This document shows, in pieces, positions 1 through 8,041 of a DNA stretch of 11,723 bases. The DNA is from Candidatus Fervidifonticultor quintus (GTDB taxonomy: Bacteria; Sysuimicrobiota; Sysuimicrobiia; Sysuimicrobiales; Humicultoraceae). How positions within the stretch are numbered: position 1 is the first letter of the stretch; the number at the start of each line of letters is the position of its first letter. The stretch spans positions 1 through 11,723 of the forward strand of contig JAVKIJ010000088.1 of the NCBI GenBank assembly GCA_031459535.1, given 5' to 3'. The notes beneath the pieces are model-generated. The model made no database searches. It saw nothing but the letters and a program-made list of their open reading frames with translations, and had not been told where the DNA came from. The translations under genes and the position numbers were made by a program.

Positions 1-65
1 GATGATCCCGGCCCAAGAGCTTTCCTGGCCTGGTACTCGCTTCACAAGCAGGTCAGGTCTCATAG

Positions 66-227
66 CATCTCATCTCGACGCCATTTCCGGGACGGGCTCC
101 TAGGCAAGCGACTGTGCGGGGGTCCCGATGGCTTTGGCGGTTCGTGGTGGGCGCAGAATGCCTTGCCTGCAGACTCGGCTTCCAATCCCTCGGTGGGTTT
201 TTGGTCGCCTGGGGAGTGCGTCCGTGA
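66..227 (+). pseudogene. Probable 3' end of an upstream CDS, possibly frameshifted
   Basis: Frame 3 is open from 66 to TGA 225-227 (...RGSRWLWRFVVGAECLACRLGFQSLGGFLVAWGVRP*). The stop overlaps the next GTG as GTGA, the same coupling seen elsewhere in the operon. In-frame stops at 3-5 and 63-65 mean it cannot be an intact long gene in this frame. Confidence 0.35.
211..216 (+). promoter_or_regulatory. Shine-Dalgarno for the GT2 gene
   Basis: GGGGAG lies 7 nt before GTG 224. Confidence 0.6.
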
Positions 228-1132
228 AGGTCTCCGTCGTCGTCCCCACCTGGCAGCGGGCGCCCTGGCTGGAGCGGTGCCTCACCGCCCTTGAGGCGCA
301 GACCCGGCCCCCCGATGAAGTAATCGTAGTGGGGCGGGCGGAGGACACTGCTGCCCAGAAAGTGGTCGAACGGCACGCCCAGCTGCCCGCGCGCCGGGTC
401 ACGGTAGATCGTCCGGGGCACGTGGCGCCGGTCAAGTATGGGCTCGGCGAGGCACGCGGTGAAATCGTAGCCTTCCTTGACGACGATACCGAGCCGGAGC
501 CGGGGTGGCTCCTCGCTATCGTCGCACCCTTCCATGACCCCCGTGTGGCCTGCGTTGGTGGACAGGTAATCGTGCAGGGGATGAGAGCGAAGGTGCGCCG
601 CGACGCAGGGCGCGTGCGCTGGTACGGCCGGCACATCGGCAACGTCGCACAGAGGGACGATCCTCATCCTGTGGACATTGATGGCGTCATGGAATGCAAC
701 TGGGCCTGGCGGAAGTGCGTCCTCTCCAGGCTGGTGTTCGACCCGCTGCTGGACTTCGACGACGCTTCCATGTTCGGGCTGGATCTCTGTCTTCAGGCAA
801 GGGGGGCAGGGCACCGTGTTGTCTACCAGCCAGAGGCTCGGGTCGTGCACCACGTCGCGCCGAGGGATCCCTTGCTGGATCGCTCCGACCGGCCCCGACG
901 CGCATACGCCTACAGCCGCAACTACACCTACATCGCCCTGAAGCACCTCCGGGGGGGCCGCCGGCTCGCCTTCCTCGCTTGGTGGTGGGGAGTTGGCGAA
1001 AGGGGCTCCTATGGTTTGGCCAAGGCCCTGGCCGACCTCGCGGTTCAAGGCTCTCAGGTCTGGCCCCTGACCCGCGCCTCGTTCGAAGGGAAGTTGGAGG
1101 GAATTCGGGTATGGCAAAGAACCGGGCGGTGA
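224..1132 (+). CDS. Family 2 glycosyltransferase (GT-A fold), ~302 aa
   Basis: N-terminal VSVVVPTWQR...LERCLTAL..Q..PDEVIVV; DxD motif in IVAFLDDD; C-terminal VVYQPEARVVHH. Start moved from 128 to GTG 224 because of the SD and the typical GT2 N-terminus. Confidence 0.93.
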   Translation: MKVSVVVPTWQRAPWLERCLTALEAQTRPPDEVIVVGRAEDTAAQKVVERHAQLPARRVTVDRPGHVAPVKYGLGEARGEIVAFLDDDTEPEPGWLLAIVAPFHDPRVACVGGQVIVQGMRAKVRRDAGRVRWYGRHIGNVAQRDDPHPVDIDGVMECNWAWRKCVLSRLVFDPLLDFDDASMFGLDLCLQARGAGHRVVYQPEARVVHHVAPRDPLLDRSDRPRRAYAYSRNYTYIALKHLRGGRRLAFLAWWWGVGERGSYGLAKALADLAVQGSQVWPLTRASFEGKLEGIRVWQRTGR

Positions 1133-2358
1133 AGGTCCTACTGGTCTCGAGCCACCCCGTGCAGTACGCCTCCCCCCTCCACCGTCTTTATGCCCGGGAC
1201 CCGCGCCTGGACGTGACGGTGGCCTACTGCTCGCTCCAGGGGGCCGAGTCCGGCGTGGACCCGGAGTTCGGCGTCGAGGTCGCCTGGGACGTGCCCCTCC
1301 TCGACGGCTACCGCTGGGTTCACCCGCCGAACCGCTCGCCCCGCCCGGGTCTGCGGGGGTTCTGGGGACTCTTCAACCCAGGGCTGGCAACATTGATCTG
1401 GCGGGAGCGGCCTGACGTGGTGGTCTGCTTCGGCTGGCGCGCCGCTTCTTTCTGGATCGCAGCTCTGGCGGCCAAGGCATGCGGGGCGAGGCTCGTTCTC
1501 ACTACGGATGCCCACACCCTTGGCCCCCGAGACGGAGCCCGCTGGAAGGTGCTGGTGAAACGGGTTGTGCTACCTTTGGTCTTTCGGTTGGCTGACGGGG
1601 CTTTCGCCCCGTCCAGCCGTACTCTGGCATTCCTCAGGCAGCTTGGCGTACCAGCGGACAAGCTCTTTCTCACCCATGACGTAGTCGACAATGTTTTCTT
1701 CCGGGAGGGCGCCCGATCGGCAGACAGACGTGCGACGCGCACGGCCTGGGGCATTCCTGAAGGCGGCTTCGTCGCTCTTTTCGCGGGCAAGCTCGCACCG
1801 TGGAAGCGGCCGGGCGACTTCCTCGGGGCGCTGTCGCGAGTGCCAGGCGCCTTCGGCGTGCTGGTCGGGGAGGGGCCTCTCAGGCCGGAGCTGGAAGCGC
1901 GGGCAAGTCATGCGGACCTTCGCGGACGGGTCCGCTTCCTCGGGTTCGTGAACCAGCGGGCGCTGCCTGAAGTGTACGCGGCCTCCGATGTCCTGGTGCT
2001 TCCGTCTGAGCACGAGCCCTTCGGTCTCGTTGTGAACGAGGCGTTCTGCAGCGGTCTTCCGGCCATAGTGACCGAGGCCTGTGGGGCTGCGGGAGATCTG
2101 GTCAGGGACGGTGAGACTGGCTACATCGTCCCTGTTGGAGACGCGGACGCTTTGGCCGATCGCCTGCGGCGCCTCGCGGCCGATCCCGACCTGCGGCGCA
2201 CGCTGGGCGCCGCAGCCCGCTGGAGGATACACAACTGGGGCCCCGAGCAGAACGTCCACGCCTTCGCCGAGGCCTGTCTCGTGCTGACGGGCCGCCAGAG
2301 CCTGAGGACGCACTCGTCCAGGAGCGTAATTCGGAGCAGGGTTTCCCCCGAACCGTGA
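1111..2358 (+). CDS. Family 4 glycosyltransferase (GT-B fold), ~415 aa
   Basis: SHPVQY N-terminal motif, LFAGKLAPWKRP, YAASDVLVLPSEHEPFGLVVNEA (EX7E), GDLVRDGETG. ATG 1111 has GGAGG at 1096-1100. An alternative start is GTG 1129 (GTGA overlap). Confidence 0.93.
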   Translation: MAKNRAVKVLLVSSHPVQYASPLHRLYARDPRLDVTVAYCSLQGAESGVDPEFGVEVAWDVPLLDGYRWVHPPNRSPRPGLRGFWGLFNPGLATLIWRERPDVVVCFGWRAASFWIAALAAKACGARLVLTTDAHTLGPRDGARWKVLVKRVVLPLVFRLADGAFAPSSRTLAFLRQLGVPADKLFLTHDVVDNVFFREGARSADRRATRTAWGIPEGGFVALFAGKLAPWKRPGDFLGALSRVPGAFGVLVGEGPLRPELEARASHADLRGRVRFLGFVNQRALPEVYAASDVLVLPSEHEPFGLVVNEAFCSGLPAIVTEACGAAGDLVRDGETGYIVPVGDADALADRLRRLAADPDLRRTLGAAARWRIHNWGPEQNVHAFAEACLVLTGRQSLRTHSSRSVIRSRVSPEP

Positions 2359-3530
2359 AGGTCCTCATCTACGCCCATGCCTTTGCTCCGCTGACGGGAG
2401 GGGCGGAGACCTACGTCATGCATGTCGCTCGCGGGCTGGCAGCAGCGGTTGACACGACTGGCGGGGTCGAAGCACATGCATTCGAGGTGACGGTGGCCAC
2501 TCCGACTGCGGCGGGGGATTTCGACGACGCGTGGCTTCCCTTCCGGTTGGCGCGTCGCCCGAGCCTGCGGTCGCTCTTCGCGCTGGTCCGTTGGGCCGAT
2601 GCGGTGGTGCTGGCTGGTCCGGCGTTCCTTCCCCTGCTGCTGGGCCTGCTCGCGCGCCGGCCTGTGCTCGTAGAGCACCACGGGTATCAGGCCGTCTGCC
2701 CCAACGGCCTGCTGTTCGAGGAGCCGCGGAAGAGCATCTGCCCGGGCCACTTCATGGCACGACGGTACCACCACTGCTTCCGGTGTGTGTATACCACCTC
2801 CGGCCCGGCCGTCGCCGCGCTCAAGCTCCTCGTCACCTTCCCGCGCCGGTGGATGCTGTCGAGGGTCGCCGCAAACCTCGCCGTTACCCGGCATGTGGCG
2901 GGCCGGATCAGGTTGCCGAAGACGCAGGTCGTCTATCACGGCGTGCCCATACCGGAGGCGGCAGGTGATGGGATGCCGGAGGGTACGCCCACGTTCGCCT
3001 ACCTCGGCCGCCTGGTGAGCGAGAAGGGCCTGCACCTGCTTCTGGAAGCGGCGAGGTCACTCGCCGACCAGGGGATGCGGTTTCGCGTGAAGTTCATAGG
3101 GGACGGTCCTGAGCGGCGGCGGCTCGAGGCCCTGACGGACACGCTCGGGCTTCGTCCCATGGTCTGTTTCACCGGCTTCCTCCACGGCTCGACGCTGGAG
3201 GAGGAGATGCGCGGCGTCACCGCCCTGGTCATGCCTTCGGTATGGGAGGAGACGGCGGGGCTGGCGGCCATGGAGCAGATGGCGCGGGGACGGCTTGTCA
3301 TCGCCGCTGACGTCGGGGGGTTGTGCGAAGTGGTGAGCGATGCCGGTCTCAAGTTCCGGGCCGGGGACGCGGCGGCCCTGGCGGCCTGTATGAGGCAAGT
3401 GCTCCAGGCGCCGCAGCTGGCGGGCGAGATTGGGCCGCTGGGCCGGGAGCGGGCGCTGCGGAGGTTTGCGCTGGAGCGCATGGTCGAAGACCACAGGCGG
3501 ATTGTAGCCCAGGTCGCGCGCGGGGGCTGA
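2355..3530 (+). CDS. Family 4 glycosyltransferase with a Cys-rich insert, 391 aa
   Basis: KVLIYAHAFAPLTGGAE, YLGRLVSEKG, IGDGPER, PSVWEETAGLAAME (EX7E), ADVGGLCEVV. GTGA overlap with the previous stop. Confidence 0.93.
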   Translation: MKVLIYAHAFAPLTGGAETYVMHVARGLAAAVDTTGGVEAHAFEVTVATPTAAGDFDDAWLPFRLARRPSLRSLFALVRWADAVVLAGPAFLPLLLGLLARRPVLVEHHGYQAVCPNGLLFEEPRKSICPGHFMARRYHHCFRCVYTTSGPAVAALKLLVTFPRRWMLSRVAANLAVTRHVAGRIRLPKTQVVYHGVPIPEAAGDGMPEGTPTFAYLGRLVSEKGLHLLLEAARSLADQGMRFRVKFIGDGPERRRLEALTDTLGLRPMVCFTGFLHGSTLEEEMRGVTALVMPSVWEETAGLAAMEQMARGRLVIAADVGGLCEVVSDAGLKFRAGDAAALAACMRQVLQAPQLAGEIGPLGRERALRRFALERMVEDHRRIVAQVARGG

Positions 3531-3536
3531 AGGGCT

Positions 3537-5045
3537 GTGGCAGTTGTCCGACCCTTGCAGCATCGGATTCCGCCGGCGGCTCTTGTGGCGGGCGTAGCGT
3601 GTGCGCTGGCCATCGCCGGCGCGGCGGCCATAACCGGACAAGCGTTGCCGATGCCGTGGATCGCCCTGCCGGCGGCCTTCGCCGCCGTGGTGGGCGCTGT
3701 GGTGCTGACCAACTGGCGGGCAGGCGTCTACCTGTTCCTGGCCTGGGTGGTCGTCGAGGACCTCCCGCGCAAGTTCCTGGGCAACGACATGCGCCTGTAC
3801 TTTGCCAAGGATGTGGTGGCTCTTCTGCTGTACCTGGCCTTCTGGGCCTGGGGCCTGCGGGGAAGGGAGACGCGGCCGTCTTTCCGCTTTCTGGCGCCCC
3901 TGGCTGTCTTCGCCGCCTGGGGCCTTCTGCAGGTCTTCAACCCGCGGTCGCCGAGCCCCATCTACGGCCTTCTGGGCCTGCGCATGTACTTCTTCTACAT
4001 CCCGCTGCTCCTCGTGGGGTACGCGCTCGTCCGCAGCGGGCGGGACCTCGGCCGATTCCTCCTCTTCAACTTGGCGCTGGCGGCGGTGGTCGCCGGGCTG
4101 GGCATCGCCCAGGGCATCGTGGGGCTCGTTTTCCTAAACCCCGCGGAACTGGCGCCTGAACTCCACCTGGCCCGTCTGGTCCGCCAGGCGCCGATCACCG
4201 GCGCCCTGGTCCCCCGGCCCACGTCGGTCTTCGTCAGCGACGGACGGTTCGCGTGGTACATGCTCGTTGCGTTCCTGCTGGGGCTGGGAGGGACGGCTTA
4301 CGCGCTGGCCCGCCGGGACCGGAGAGGTCTGACGCTGGCTGCGGCCACGGGCATCGTCGCCGCGGCCATCGTCGTGAGCGGCTCGCGGGGCACGTTCATG
4401 TACGCCCTGGGAAGCACGGCAGTCCTGGCGGCGGCGCTGCTGTGGGGTGCCTCCCGCCCGCTGCGGGCACGAATGATGAGGGGTACCCAGCTCGTCCTGC
4501 TCGGGATCGGGCTCGGCATCGTGCTCGTCCTCGTCCTCTTTCCGGAGGCGGTGGGTGCCCGGTGGGCCTTCTACTACGAGACCGTCGCGCCCTGGAGTCC
4601 GACCTCGGAACTCGCCTGGCGCGTGTGGGGGTACCCCGTTGCCAACCTCCTGGGCGCCTTCAGCTTTCCTGGCTGGCTCCTCGGATACGGCATCGGCACT
4701 TCCTCCCTGGGAGTGCAGTACGTCACAGGCCTCCTCGGTCTGCCCGCACCCGAGATCGGCGTGGAGAGCGGCTACGGGACGCTGATCCTGGAACTGGGCA
4801 TCCTGGGGCCGCTGCTGTGGCTGATGTGGACGATCGCGCTTGTGCGTGAGGGCTGGACTGTCCTCCGACGCCTGCGGGGGTCGGCGCTGTTTCCCGTAGG
4901 AGCCGCCGTCCTATGGTTCGCGTTCCTCCTGCTCTTCCCGTTCACGTTTGGGGGCATGCAGCCATACCAGAACTTCGTGTTCAACGCTTACCTGTGGCTG
5001 CTGGTCGGGATACTCTTTCGCCTGCCGGCCCTGGCTCGCCGCTAG
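3537..5045 (+). CDS. Polytopic membrane protein, O-antigen polymerase (Wzy) / O-antigen ligase-like family, 502 aa
   Basis: Roughly a dozen hydrophobic segments; RPTSVF loop; SGSRG motif; LLGYGIG followed by ESGYGTLILELGILG (Wzy_C/WaaL-type loop). It sits among glycosyltransferase genes. Confidence 0.8.
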   Translation: MAVVRPLQHRIPPAALVAGVACALAIAGAAAITGQALPMPWIALPAAFAAVVGAVVLTNWRAGVYLFLAWVVVEDLPRKFLGNDMRLYFAKDVVALLLYLAFWAWGLRGRETRPSFRFLAPLAVFAAWGLLQVFNPRSPSPIYGLLGLRMYFFYIPLLLVGYALVRSGRDLGRFLLFNLALAAVVAGLGIAQGIVGLVFLNPAELAPELHLARLVRQAPITGALVPRPTSVFVSDGRFAWYMLVAFLLGLGGTAYALARRDRRGLTLAAATGIVAAAIVVSGSRGTFMYALGSTAVLAAALLWGASRPLRARMMRGTQLVLLGIGLGIVLVLVLFPEAVGARWAFYYETVAPWSPTSELAWRVWGYPVANLLGAFSFPGWLLGYGIGTSSLGVQYVTGLLGLPAPEIGVESGYGTLILELGILGPLLWLMWTIALVREGWTVLRRLRGSALFPVGAAVLWFAFLLLFPFTFGGMQPYQNFVFNAYLWLLVGILFRLPALARR

Positions 5046-5049
5046 ACCC

Positions 5050-5724
5050 GTGTCGGAATCGCCCGTTCTCGAAGAGCGAACGATCGGCGGCCTGCACGAT
5101 TTCCTGATTCGAGAGGTCCTTCCAAGGTATGCGAAGGACGCCAAGCGTGCTGTGGACCTCGGTGCCGGGAGTGGTGCGCTGGCAGTTCGTCTGCGTGATC
5201 TCGGCCTGGCGGTGCTGGGGGTGGATATCGACGTTGAAGGTTTCAAAGCACCGATCCCCTTCCGCCGGCTGGACCTGAATGACGCCGATTTCGCGGCCGC
5301 CCTACTCGACGGAGGCGGCTTCGATCTCGTGACCTCGGTCGAAGTGATAGAACACCTCGAGAGCCCGATCAACTTTCTCCGGAATATCCGAAGGTTGCTG
5401 AGCCCGACGGGCGCGGCGATCGTGACGACCCCAAACGTCGACAACCTTCCGGCGCGTGTCAAGTTTCTGATAAGAGGGCGCCTGCGCGGCCTGGACGAGG
5501 CTGGCGAACGAACCCACATCACCCCGATCTTCTGGGACCTCTTGACCCGCCAGTGGCTTCCGAGCGCCGGGCTTCGGCTGGTAGAGCACTTTGTGTTCCC
5601 GCCCGGTGGGTACAAGTTGACACGTGCTCGATACGCCTGGGCGTTCTGGCTCGTCGCCCAAATCTGCGGTGGGGATTGTTTGCTGGGCGATACGCATGTC
5701 TTCGTCTTTCGGAGAAGCGACTGA
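5050..5724 (+). CDS. Class I SAM-dependent methyltransferase, ~224 aa
   Basis: Motif I AVDLGAGSG, then LGVDID, FDLVTSVEVIEHL and LLSPTGAAIVTTPN. GTG 5050 was chosen because it lies 4 nt after the upstream stop; no strong SD. Confidence 0.9.
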   Translation: MSESPVLEERTIGGLHDFLIREVLPRYAKDAKRAVDLGAGSGALAVRLRDLGLAVLGVDIDVEGFKAPIPFRRLDLNDADFAAALLDGGGFDLVTSVEVIEHLESPINFLRNIRRLLSPTGAAIVTTPNVDNLPARVKFLIRGRLRGLDEAGERTHITPIFWDLLTRQWLPSAGLRLVEHFVFPPGGYKLTRARYAWAFWLVAQICGGDCLLGDTHVFVFRRSD

Positions 5725-5731
5725 GCGGAAG

Positions 5732-8041
5732 ATGCCAGGGCGGCGCCTGCGGGTGTGGGTCGTCACTCCCGAACTCCACCGCCATGGCGGTACGGAGCGG
5801 TGTCTCGCTGAGCAGGTCGAGCGCTGGCGGGGTCGCTTCGACCTGCGACTGTACACCATGCGCGCCGAGGATGTAGATCTCTCGGGAGTCGAGGTCCGCC
5901 GCATCTTCTGGCTTCCCGGCCCTCACCTTTTCCGCTGGATCTGGTGGTACGGGGTGAACACGTTCTTCCGCAGGCTCGATACGCGCTGGCTGGGTCGCCC
6001 GGACGTCGTCTACTCCCCCGGCGTCAACTGTCCCGACGCCGATGTCATGAGCGTCCACATCATTTTCGGCAAGTACTGGGAGCGAGTGGGGGCAAGCCTC
6101 CTCGGCGACCTCCGGCGACCTGCGCGAGCGCTCAAGGCGCTTCACCGGGTGCTCTACCTTTCGCTCGTGAGGTGGCTCGAGGGGCGCACCTACCGCGGGC
6201 CCGCGAGCCTGGCGGCCCTGTCCTGCGAGGACGCAGGGGAGATCGAGGCCCGCTACGGCAGGTCGCCTGGCAGCGTTACAGTAACCCCCAACGGGGTCGA
6301 CGCAAAGAGGTTCTCGCCCGAGGTGCAAGGGCGGCTCCGAGCCGAGGCCAGGCCGCGCCTTGAGGTAGAAGGTCGGACCCTCCTCCTTCTCGTGGGGAAC
6401 GATGCTTACAAGAAGGGCGCCGACCTCGCCCTCCGCGCCCTGCCCCACCTCCCCGAGGAGGTAACCCTCGCCCTCGCCGGGAGGCTCGACACGGCTCAGG
6501 TGAAGGCCTGGGCGAGAGACGCGGGGGTGGAAGGGAGGGTCCTCCTCTGGCCCCACCGGCCCGACGTGGAGACCTACTACGCCGCCGCCGACCTGCTCCT
6601 TGCTCCCTCCCGCGAGGATGCCTTCTCGCTCCCGCCGCTCGAGGCTATGGCCTGTGGCCTGCCTGTGCTGATGAGCGCCAGGGCTGGGGTGAGCGAGCTC
6701 GTCGAGGACGGGAGACACGCCCTGGTCGTGGAGTACCCGGAGGATGCTGAGGCCCTTGCAGCCGCCGTCAAGCGGGCGCTCGGGGCACCTGGCCTCGCTG
6801 AGCGGCTCGCTCGAGAGGGACGCAGCCTCGCCGAGAGTCTCACCTGGGAGGCCAATGCGGAGAGGACCGCGGCTCTCATAGAGCGGGAGGCGGCCACGCC
6901 GAGGGTCCTGGTGTTGGCGCCACATGCCTGGGGGACGGGCGGGATCGAACGGTCGACCCGCACTCTCGTGCGGGCGCTGGCCGACCTCTACGGAGCCGAG
7001 CGAGTGGGCCTCCTGTCGGTCTGGGGCGGACCTGGAATCCTTCCCTGCCGCGTCTTGTGGAGGGGGCCTGAGGCGAGGGGCGCCGGAGGGGTCCCCTGGA
7101 CGATCAAGGTGCATTTCGCGCTTGCCGCCGTGCGGCTGGCCCGCAGGTGGCAACGCCGGCTGGTCGTGGTGGCCTGCCACCCGCATCTGGCGCCCGTCGC
7201 GTGGCTGGCCGCGCGGGTTGCCGGAGTGCCGTGGGCGGTGTGGTGTCACGGCGAAGAAGTGTGGCGGCCGCTGCGGCCGGCGGTGTTCGCGGCGCTGCGA
7301 CGGTCCAGCCTGGTAATCGCGCCCAGCCGGTTCACCGCCGGCCTGCTCGAGCGCATGCACCGCGTCCCGCCGGGGCGCCTCGCCGCGCTGCCGCACGCGT
7401 TGCCACCCGACCTGCCCCTGGCGAAGGCAGGCGTGGCGAAGGGCGCGGCGGGTGACGGGCGCCTCCGGGTGCTCACGGTCGCTCGCCTGGTTCCCGAGCA
7501 CGCCTACAAGGGCGTGGACACGCTGCTGGCTGCGTGGCCGCTGGTACTGCGCTCGGTTCCTGAGGCCGAACTGGTCGTGGTCGGCGACGGCCCCGACCGC
7601 CCGCGCCTGGAGCGCGAGGCTGCCCGGTTGTCGCTCGATGGCCGCGTGCGATTCACCGGGCGTATTGATGACCGGGCCCTTGCAGAGGCCTACAGGCAGG
7701 CGGCGGTCTTCACGCTGCCTGCGCGCACCCGAGTCGGACGGTGGGCGGAGGGTGAGGGCTTCGGCCTCGTGTTGTTGGAGGCGGCGGCCGCGGGCCTTCC
7801 CGTTGTCGCCGGAAACGGCGGGGCGATTCCGGAAGTCGTGCGCGACGGGGAGACCGGCCTGCTGGTGGACCCCGAATCCCCGGAAGAGGTGGCCGCAGCC
7901 ATCGTCAGGTTGCTCCGCAACCCCGACCTCGCGCGGCGCCTGGGCGAGGCGGGCAGGCGGCTGGTGCGCGAGGAGTTCTCCTACGAGCGGTTCTGCGAGC
8001 GGCTGGCCGGGCTAATCGAACGGCTGCGGCGACCGGCATGA
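5732..8041 (+). CDS. Tandem double family 4 glycosyltransferase (GT4::GT4 fusion), ~769 aa
   Basis: Module 1 (5732-~6895): HGGTER, TPNGVD, VGNDAYKKG, PSREDAFSLPPLEAMACG. Module 2 (~6896-8041): RVLVLAP..GTGGIE, TVARL..EHAYKGVD, VGDGPDR, EGFGLVLLEAAAAG, PEVVRDGETG. There is no stop between the modules. ATG 5732 is 7 nt after the upstream stop. Confidence 0.92.
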   Translation: MPGRRLRVWVVTPELHRHGGTERCLAEQVERWRGRFDLRLYTMRAEDVDLSGVEVRRIFWLPGPHLFRWIWWYGVNTFFRRLDTRWLGRPDVVYSPGVNCPDADVMSVHIIFGKYWERVGASLLGDLRRPARALKALHRVLYLSLVRWLEGRTYRGPASLAALSCEDAGEIEARYGRSPGSVTVTPNGVDAKRFSPEVQGRLRAEARPRLEVEGRTLLLLVGNDAYKKGADLALRALPHLPEEVTLALAGRLDTAQVKAWARDAGVEGRVLLWPHRPDVETYYAAADLLLAPSREDAFSLPPLEAMACGLPVLMSARAGVSELVEDGRHALVVEYPEDAEALAAAVKRALGAPGLAERLAREGRSLAESLTWEANAERTAALIEREAATPRVLVLAPHAWGTGGIERSTRTLVRALADLYGAERVGLLSVWGGPGILPCRVLWRGPEARGAGGVPWTIKVHFALAAVRLARRWQRRLVVVACHPHLAPVAWLAARVAGVPWAVWCHGEEVWRPLRPAVFAALRRSSLVIAPSRFTAGLLERMHRVPPGRLAALPHALPPDLPLAKAGVAKGAAGDGRLRVLTVARLVPEHAYKGVDTLLAAWPLVLRSVPEAELVVVGDGPDRPRLEREAARLSLDGRVRFTGRIDDRALAEAYRQAAVFTLPARTRVGRWAEGEGFGLVLLEAAAAGLPVVAGNGGAIPEVVRDGETGLLVDPESPEEVAAAIVRLLRNPDLARRLGEAGRRLVREEFSYERFCERLAGLIERLRRPA

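Noticed and set aside
694..1110. N-terminal extensions given by the ORF track (starts at 128, 694, 4948, 5624, 8829)
   Set aside because: Most overlap upstream genes heavily and all look like off-frame translation. Family N-termini and coupling point to 224, 1111, 5050, 5732 and 9243.
5519..7501. 660-aa antisense ORF and other long - strand ORFs (53-1117, 2121-3035, 1570-2313, etc.)
   Set aside because: They are shadow ORFs opposite well-supported genes in GC-rich DNA, with no recognisable motifs.
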